A DNA stretch of 43,162 nt, taken from positions 38,863,301 through 38,906,462 of the forward strand of contig NC_068985.1 in assembly GCF_001194135.2 (NCBI RefSeq), read 5' to 3'. The position numbers were made by a program, and so were the translations under genes. The notes below the pieces were generated by a model. That model saw only the letters and a list, made by a program, of their open reading frames with translations, was not told the origin of the DNA and made no database searches. Numbering within the stretch: the stretch's first letter is position 1; each line of letters opens with the position of its first letter. This DNA is from Octopus bimaculoides (lineage: Eukaryota). Positions 34,843 through 43,162 of this stretch are shown here, piece after piece.

Positions 34843-34925
34843 CGCTGTGGGTTCAATTCATACCATGACCTTTGCATTTCATCCTTTAGGTGTCAATAAA
34901 TACACTATCAGTCAAGTATTGGTAC
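34843..34925 (+). mobile_element. Degraded SINE family A fragment
   Basis: ACGCTGTGGGTTCAATTC..CTTTGCATTTCATCCTTTAGGTGTCAATAAA. Confidence 0.55.
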
Positions 34926-35583
34926 AGGCAGTTCGCATCTTCTCATTCTCCCTTTTGTATTTCTTTTTGGCCAGATCTGTAACCCGACGCGGTTTACAAC
35001 GTTTCGAAGCACTAGTGATAAGCCGGACATTAAAAGTCTCTCTAAATATTTGGCAAGTTAACTGATCACCTTTACATCAGTTTGTGTTGAATTGCTAAGT
35101 AGTTGCAATCTCACCAGATTTTTTTATACTTGTAGCTACTGATACGATGTCATTGCAAGTGAAAGAGTTAGGAAATATACTTTATGGGGGAAAATATTTA
35201 GAAAATCAAAGTTGTCACGTTGTTAGTAATTAGAAAATTGGGTTTAATATGAAGCTTTATTCACATGCTTACAAAAAAACAACAGAACAACCATATTCAC
35301 TCGCTACGTACATACGTAGGCAGATACACTCACATACAGTCATGCACAAAAAAATCACAAAGCCATGCATGTATTCGTGTGTGTGTGAGTGTATTTGTAT
35401 GTGTGCTTGTACAAGTGTACAGAGAGAAACAGACAGTATGACAGATAAAGAATTTTTTATGTAATGTATTTATATATATATATTATGTCCGTCTCTCTCC
35501 CCGCAACATGTTTGTATGCGTTTATTTAACATCATTTACTTTTCTGATTTTGAAACATTTATATACATGCATATATATGTGTT

Positions 35584-35614
<31 letters not shown>

Positions 35615-35907
35615 CCTTGTATGTTTTCAATTACTGAAAGTTTCGCTAAATAGTTCAAACAGATTTTCAGCAGTTCAATTACTTGAATGACGATTGGAAG
35701 TATCGTAGTGTTAGGATTTCAAGCTGAGATGTGGTGGCCAACGTTTTTTTCACAAGCGAATCGAGAGTGTCAACAAAGAATCATGCTTTTATTGCAATTG
35801 CATTCAAGTGCTTCCAACAAATATAATATTTACCAAGTTTAGATTACACTTAGTGCTCACGCAATCAAACATTTGAAAAGTTTATGAACATGTGTTTCGT
35901 AGACACA

Positions 35908-35952
<45 letters not shown>

Positions 35953-36461
35953 CATACATACATACATACATACATACATACATACATAGATATATGTGTG
36001 GATGCATGTGTGTATATGTATGGACGTACCTATATATGGATTCGTGTGTGTGTGCGTGGTTCTCTGCCTCTGTGTGAAGTGATAGTAGACTTAGAGTTAA
36101 CAGAAGCTATTGAGCTGTTTAAGAAGCAAAAACATGCGCGTTGAAGATACATAAAATAAATAGGAAAGAAGAAAAACAATCAAAATGAAAGAAAGAAAAA
36201 AGAAAAAGAATAGACAAAGAAAGAAAATTTGTAAAAAAAAAATGTCAAAGAGAAAGGAAATGAAATAATGCCAGAAAGGAGATCAAGAAGTTTACTTCCC
36301 TGTGATCAAGGTGATAATCTATTAAGATAATAAAAATATTACATTTAATAAGTGTTTTGCATTTTTATACTACTTTCTTTGTATTGAAGTTGAAGATGAT
36401 ACATATGTGTGTGTGTGTGTGTGTGTGTGTAAAATGTATATATGTATTATACATAAACACA

Positions 36462-36524
<63 letters not shown>

Positions 36525-36734
36525 ATATATATATATATATATATATAGTAAATTAAACAATTTTGGAGGATGGTAGCTGGATCTTTACGGATACGTTTGT
36601 TACCACTGTCACCATCATTTCTACCAATACACATGCACATCATCTCTTGCCAATGAAGTGCTAATGCTATATAAATATTGGATTTTACACTGCAAAATAC
36701 TGGTAATAATGCCTTTTCAATATGTATGAATACT

Positions 36735-36868
36735 TCCGCCGAAGTCGTCTCTGCCTTTCATCCTTCTGGGTTCGATAAATTATATACCAGGTGCGTACTA
36801 GGGTCGATTTAATCGGCTGGTCCCTTCCCCACCAAATTTCGGTCCTTGTGCCTAGAGTAGAAAAGAAT
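36735..36868 (+). mobile_element. 3' part of SINE family A (GGCCTTGTGCC-type tail)
   Basis: TTCCGCCGAAGTCG..GCCTTTCATCCTTCTGGGTTCGATAAATT..GGTCGATTTAATCGGCTGG..CTTGTGCCTAGAGTAGAAAAGAAT. Confidence 0.85.
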
Positions 36869-37019
36869 ATATAAGTACAATTTGGGGCAAAATAGCATGC
36901 AGCTTTTATCGTATTTTCGTGTAGATACTAGTAAATTTAAATTCCGATGAGTTCGAAATGGGGAGAGAGAGAAAGCGTCACTCACATTTCATTGACGCCA
37001 TATACGTTTCTGTTATATT

Positions 37020-37233
37020 GATTTCAAATTTTGGCACAAAACCAGAAAGTTCTGGGGAGAAGGTCAGTTGAATACATCGACCTCAATACTCAGCTGATAC
37101 TTATTTTATCGACCCAAAACTGATTGAAGGTAAAGTTAACCTCAGTGACATTTGAACTCAGAATGTACAGAAGGACGAACAACTGTCGAGCACTTTATCC
37201 GGTGTGTTAACGATTCTTTCGCCTTGCCGCCTT
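37020..37233 (-). mobile_element. Older SINE family A copy
   Basis: Reverse complement AAGGCGGCAAGGCGAAAGAATCGTTAACACACCGG..TTCTGAGTTCAAATGTCACTGAGGTTAACTTTACC..GGTCGATAAAATAAG..GGTCGATGTATTCAAC..TTTTGTGCCAAAATTTGAAA. Confidence 0.75.
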
Positions 37234-39392
37234 ATGTTCCTGCTATATTGCTTCCATTTTTAAAGAAGGTTTGCCGAAAAAGTCTTTGGATCTCTTCTTT
37301 TTGTAGTTGATAAAATAAGTAACAGGGAACTTAAATCAACTGCTTTCTTCACAAAATGTTGTGATCATGTATAAAATTCAATAATCAATAGTTATTCCTT
37401 CTTTCCCTCTAATATGAATATTTTTATTTGAAGATCTCATATAAGTTACTGCGTGAAATAGCAGTGAATTTGTCACATCCGAAAATCAAAACTCACCTAG
37501 AGATGCATAATATCTCGTAAAGTGAAAGAGGAACCTTCTCTAAGGCTTAATCATTAGTCATGTTTGATACACAGACGGCTTTGCTGAGTTGTTTCAGTAT
37601 GTGAAATATGCAGATTTATTTCTTTCGTTCCTTTCATTAAAACACCAAAACGTATATTAATTACATAAATGACTAGTAATAATGATAATATATAAGCTGA
37701 AAATTTAGATGACGATGCTAGCCAAAATGCTTACAAACAAGACATGGCCTTATTTACAAATTGAACAGAAGAGATATATGAAGATTTATATAGGTTTTTA
37801 TGTCTAGAAAGTCTTATTTTTAACAGATATTTCTTATTGTAGAGACTGACAACAAATGCTTTAATTAACATATAAGATGCTATGAGCAAACATTGACCAC
37901 GACACTGTCATACTGATGTTGTACTTCTTTAGTCGGCAAGCATACGTTGCCAGAATTATCCTTTACTTCATACAAATGTAAGATGGAACTGTGATTATCT
38001 GTATGAGATGATCCTACACACATTCTTCTGTATCAATGTGTGTGTTCTCCTTCTGAGGAGACATTATCGGGCAGCGGAATGTGAAGTATATCATTTCACA
38101 TCTGTTATATGAACTCACTTTCAAATCTGGAATATACATTAGAAAAGCATTCTGCATATTAACATGTCTGAATTTAAAAATGCAGAGATATTTTTTATTA
38201 ACTCGCTAAACATATATATCTGAGGGAAACCAAGTCACGGGATTAATGAAACCTGCGAAAGTATATATTTGTATATCTACAGTGCATGTCAACTATATTT
38301 TGAATTCTCTATATAATCAAAAACGCTCGATTAATTGATGTTATTGATGTTATGGATACAGTTTAACTGCATTAATTTCTCTGATAAAAATCGCCTTTCC
38401 GCCAGCAATTTGCAACAGAAGATGTGGATGCAGTCACATAGAAGCCGGCTAAGAGTCATCAAGAGTAACTGTTATGATATTTAAACGAACTAGAGCTCTC
38501 ACAATTAAGCAACTCCGTCCAAGGATTTCTTTCAGGTCTGAAACGAAGTAATATCTAAAACTGGTTTGCTTAAAGTCGAATATACCCAGTGCAGATTGTT
38601 TTTTTCTTTTCTTTATTAAAACTGAGGCTAAGACTTTGTTTCGCGAATAATAGTGGACTGCCCCAATAAAAAAACATTAATAGAGGCATACACTTGGCTG
38701 TATGACTCGACAGTACAGCCAAGACACCAGCTCGACCACATATTTACGAACACTGGGAACTCTTTTAACTCAAAAACTCATTGCTTTGTTAGCAACCGGC
38801 TTGAACTCTCTCAAAAACTTTAATTCGATTCAAAGAAAAGTCATTTATACATACGTGCATGCATCTTTACATGTGTGTTTGTGTCTGTGTGCGTGTGTGT
38901 ATATGTGCGCCGCGCATGCGTGTGTGTGTATTCGTTCGTAGGCAAGTTGCTAATACAGAGAGCTTGTCATTATATTTATTCATCGGGAGCAATAAATTAC
39001 TTAGCATATTGAAGTCGATTTACTCAACGTATTACTAATATGGATGTTTGGGTGTGAGCCTGTATCAATGGAAACCATCAATATTATTTAGTAAAATGAT
39101 ATTGTGTTTCGGGCTATTTCTTTAATCATGTACTTCGGTGCCCTGTTAGAATTAAAATGTGTGTAACCTAATAGCAACTGCTCACAAGTGCACCTTCTTT
39201 GCGGTAAATGATCAAAAACAGAAATGGAGATATTTCGTCTAGCTGCCATTCTATTGGCCATATTGCCCCTGGTATTCTCCTTAAAAAGAAAGTCAAATTA
39301 ATTTATGTAATCTTCAATTTGTTGGGTTGGCGCCAGTCAATTTGCTAACTATAACCCAACCAGGTCTACCTGCATTTATATCAAGCAGTTAT

Positions 39393-39477
<85 letters not shown>

Positions 39478-40010
39478 ATAAATCATATGTGTGAACTTAA
39501 ATTTGCCCACATATGTGCATAAGTACCATTGTGTGTATGAGCATGTATATTTGCGTGTCTGTATATCTTGTCTCTCCGGCATTCTGGAGATCTCTGGATT
39601 TGAAATACATTAAGTACATGTGAGTAAGAGAATGTGAGGAAGAAGAAAAGAAGAATGTGAGAGAGAAGGTTTTCTCGTTGAACCTTCGTCTATTCTAGTT
39701 TAAATCTATAAAAAAAGCATTGTTTATTCCGTTCTTACTATTTAAGGTTAAGTCATATTATCAGATATCATCTGACGGAAAGGCCGCCAAATATTGGCAT
39801 ACGCTTATTGAATACGATAATCTAAGATATTCATACTCTAATATCGAATACTATGTATCAGTTATATTGATATCAATATTAATAGCATTAATACATTAAG
39901 AATTATTATTTCTAAATATTAACAGTAATAATTATTATTTCTAAAATAAATGGTAGTCCAGAAATTATGAGGGTATGTTGCAGGCATTATATTTAACCGA
40001 TTATCATATA

Positions 40011-40419
40011 CTCTTTTACTCTTTTACTTGTTTCAGTCTTTTGACTGCGGCCATGCTGGAGCACCGCCTTTAGTCGAAGAAATCGACCCCAGGACTTATT
40101 CTTTGGAAGCCTAGTACTTATTCTATCGGTCTCTTTTGCCGAACCACTAAGTTACGGTGACATAAACACACCAGCATCGGTTGTCAAGCGATGTTGGGGG
40201 GACAAACACAGACATACAAACACACACACACACATACACATATATATACACATATACGACGGGCTTCTTTCAGTTTCCGTCTACCAAATCCACTCACAAG
40301 GCATTGGTCGGCCCGAGTCTATAGTAGAAGGCACTTGCCCAAGATGCCACGCAGTGGGACTGAACCCGGGACCATGTGGTTGGTAAGCAAGCTACTTACC
40401 ACACAGCCACTCCTACGCC
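40011..40419 (-). mobile_element. Full-length, well-preserved SINE family C
   Basis: Reverse complement starts AGGCGTAGGAGTGGCTGTGTGGTAAGTAGCTTGCTTACC and ends GACTGAAACAAGTAAAAGAGTAAAAGAG; collinear with 17619-18015. Confidence 0.92.
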
Positions 40420-41971
40420 TATGTGGATTTATTTTGTGGAACATTGAGGGCCGAGCGAAAAAATCAAGACTGCTTCAGTGAGAAAACATTTCATCTCACG
40501 CAATTGAGTTACCTGTATGATAAGTATGGAGTTTACAGCGTTGTCAGTCTCTATCCCTATACATCTGATGTCTCTTCTATATTTATGCCATTCAATAATA
40601 TCTTGAGTGATATGAGATGGAAGAAGCAGAGTGCACTCGCTGTAATATGATTCTCATACTTTAATCTATCCTTATATCAAGCACTCGAAGCTCTTGTGGT
40701 TTAACCACAGAGTCCAGTTACAAAATACATTTTCATTAAGCATGTGCTGTATAACACGGCTTATATATTTATTCGTAACCCATTCAGAATTGCTACACTC
40801 GTGGTTTATATCAGTTAATGCCAAAAAAAATAATCTAATAGTACAGATTCACCAGATAGTTTTCTAGAATATGAATGATAAGAATAAAAATACGTGACTA
40901 TATCTGATGTGATTAAGCTGAAGTTAATCATGATGCAAGAATTAAAACGCTATTATTAATTAGAGAACGCTAAAATTCATCTTTATTTAAAATTAAGATA
41001 AAAGCTATGTGATGTTTCATGTAAGTATTTTACTGGTTCTGTCAATTATATGTATTTCGCCAGAGAGTGAGTATTATTGTTATAAAAGTGATTATCTTTA
41101 AAATACACCGACTACCGTAAAATGAGAGGTAACTTACCTTGAAAACGTATTTGAACAGGCTTTCGATTTACATTGAAGCATTTATACTTAATGTATGCAC
41201 TTTGGAACTAAACAATACACTAGACTAGTGTTTATATTCAAATGAGACATGAAGATCAGCAAGGGAAAGAAATGTGTCAGATTAAATATTGCAAAGTTAG
41301 TCTCATTTCTTGAAGTTCTAAGTTTAAACCTATATATTGATATTTCGTAAGACAGGAATGATAAATGATAATCAATAACGAGAACTAATCACTTGCATCA
41401 GGCTGTATTAATCATCTTAGATCTGCACCGAAAATAAGGTTTCTTATTGGAAATATTTATGGTCTTAAAGCAGCAGGAAAATCTGCGGACCAAATTAGTG
41501 ATGATATTTCAATTGAAAGTTTTCAAGGAAATAAAAGAGAACGGCTATGTCGTGATATATGCTCACTTAACACAACCTCAAGACTTTTCCTTAAATATAA
41601 TCGATTTTGATTTGCGTGAAGAAACCAAATTTTGGTTTTTTCCTGTTTTTTAAGTGAATTGACCGTATACAATTTGCATTCATCCGAAATACATAGAAAC
41701 TATGAAAAAGGGTGAAAATAGCAGACCATTTCTGGAATGCCTGAACTTACAACCTAAACAACGAAAGGGTAATATTATTAAAGTATGAATACATGATATG
41801 GTTTCAGAGTCAAGTTTTTACTGCTATCTCTAGCATGGTGGTATCTCTTATATACTCTTAAACATAATTATATATATANNNNNNNNNNNNNNNNNNNNNN
41901 NNNNNNNNNNNNNNNNNNNNNNNNNNNNNNNNNNNNNNNNNNNNNNNNNNNNNNNNNNNNNNNNNNNNNNN

Positions 41972-42832
41972 TTACAAAACCACAGACACACCAAAACACA
42001 CCCGAGACACACCAAAACAAACACCCCCTTCAACCTTGCAAGAAGGATATGCACAATAGTGTCAGAAAAAAATACTAGACACTGTAGACTAAAAGAACTC
42101 AAAATCACGCTAATTGACAGACACTACCCAGTTCAACTTATAGAGGATGGAATCAGACGTGCATCACAAATCGACATAGAAAACTTAAGAAAAGTTAAAC
42201 ACAGCAACACACCTTCCCCGAAAATACTGCCATACATATCCACATACAACCCCAGAAACAAAGAAGCCTTCACCATCATCACCCAAAACTTATCAATGCT
42301 ACATAAGGACCCCAAATTTAAGGAAATTTTACACACACACAAAATCATTAAAAGCTACAAACAACCAAAATCGCTGAAAACGATCCTCACAAAGGCAAAA
42401 TTATTTTCCAAAATGACAGATGCAAAAGTGAAAAAATGTGGTTGGTCAAATTGCGCAACATGCCCAAACCTTCTAGAAGGTTCAGAATTCCTCTTCAAAG
42501 AGGGACAAAAATTCAAAGTTAAATCTGACTTTACTTGTGCCTCAGAAAACCTTATTTATGTAATAAGATGCTCGGGCTGCCACGAAAACTACATAGGGTG
42601 CACAGGATTAACGCTCAGACGTAGATGCACTCTGCATCGACAGCAGATTGCATGCCCAGAATACCGAATGATACCCTTTAGTGAGCATATTGAGAAATGC
42701 GAAAAACAAATGCAACCACAATTTATAATCTTTACATTCTATCAATGTGCCATTAGTACACCAACACAAATTAGATTCAATAAGGAAACCTTTTTCATTC
42801 AAAAATAGAAACCCAAACTTAACCATTGCTAA
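41972..42832 (+). mobile_element. Penelope-like element (Neptune-type): RT thumb, Cys-rich linker and GIY-YIG endonuclease; 5'-truncated
   Basis: Frame open from the gap edge: HPRHTKTNTPFNLARRICTIVS (PLE thumb), LPYISTYNP, KCGWSNCATC (Cx4Cx2C), TCASENLIYVIRCSGCHENYIGCT..RRRCTLH..NKETFFI*KPKLN. A TAG at 42806-08 sits just before the conserved PKLN. Confidence 0.92.
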
Positions 42833-43162
42833 CACTTTTAAATAAGGAAATTCACCTCACTGAGAGGAAAATTAATCAAAATCTATCATCTTCTTCATTT
42901 CGATTATCTCCCTTATACCGGAAGAAATCCCTAATTACCTCCCCCTATCTAGAACTCTTTCTTTACACACGAGAGCGAAGACATTTTACCACGAAGTAGA
43001 GAAATTTGAAAGGACAACAGGAAACGGGTTATTTCTCCAAATACAATGTTTATATACCCAAAAAATGTTATAACATTTTTATGACATAATTTAAATATAT
43101 ATATAACCATGTAACACAAGCCTTCTGTAGTTTTTTCACTCCTGTTTATCTTTAATACATCC

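Noticed and set aside
38045-38095. CTGAGGA-GACATT..AATGT-GAAG hammerhead-like string (similar weak hits near 12785 on + and 15478 on -)
   Set aside because: GAAA, stem I and the NUH triplet cannot all be satisfied; consistent with chance.
41421-41610. 62-codon open frame after a possible acceptor (SAPKIRFLIGNIYGLKAAGKSADQ..)
   Set aside because: No convincing donor or homology; an overlapping frame is open for a similar length, so chance is plausible.
42833-43060. Hammerhead expected in the pLTR downstream of the Penelope ORF
   Set aside because: Only GAAACGGGTT is present; no CTGANGA with a pairing stem II was found, so any ribozyme there is unrecognisable.
1-43162. CRISPR arrays, rRNA genes, operons or other prokaryotic systems
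   Set aside because: None seen; all repeats are microsatellites or eukaryotic transposable elements.

Overview
AT-rich, microsatellite-dense, repeat-dominated eukaryotic DNA from a draft assembly, with N-gaps at about 4244-4835, 6730-7421, 8121-8130, 9582-10150, 27075-27424, 32342-32787 and 41879-41971. The SINE families and microsatellite load look like coleoid cephalopod (probably Octopus) intronic or intergenic DNA; this is my recognition, not a database result. No intact cellular gene can be called; only two weak candidate + strand exons were found. Most ORFs in the track are microsatellite, N-gap or SINE artefacts. The window holds four decayed Tc1/mariner derivatives (one DD37D/maT, two mariners, one 5'-5' fold-back mariner), two hAT relics, LINE fragments of the CR1/L2-like, Tx1-like and R4/Dong-like types, a Neptune-type Penelope-like element with a GIY-YIG domain, and about 17 tRNA-derived SINE copies built from interchangeable modules. 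Best leads: (1) a type I hammerhead ribozyme with an intact core at 3938-4028, beside an inverted repeat of hammerhead-like arms; (2) a Tx1 LINE inserted at a (GATA)n/(GGTA)n junction with a perfect 12-bp target-site duplication; (3) a 3' tail shared between that Tx1 LINE and one SINE subfamily, suggesting a SINE/LINE partnership. Repeat boundaries were read by eye and are approximate unless a TIR or TSD is quoted.
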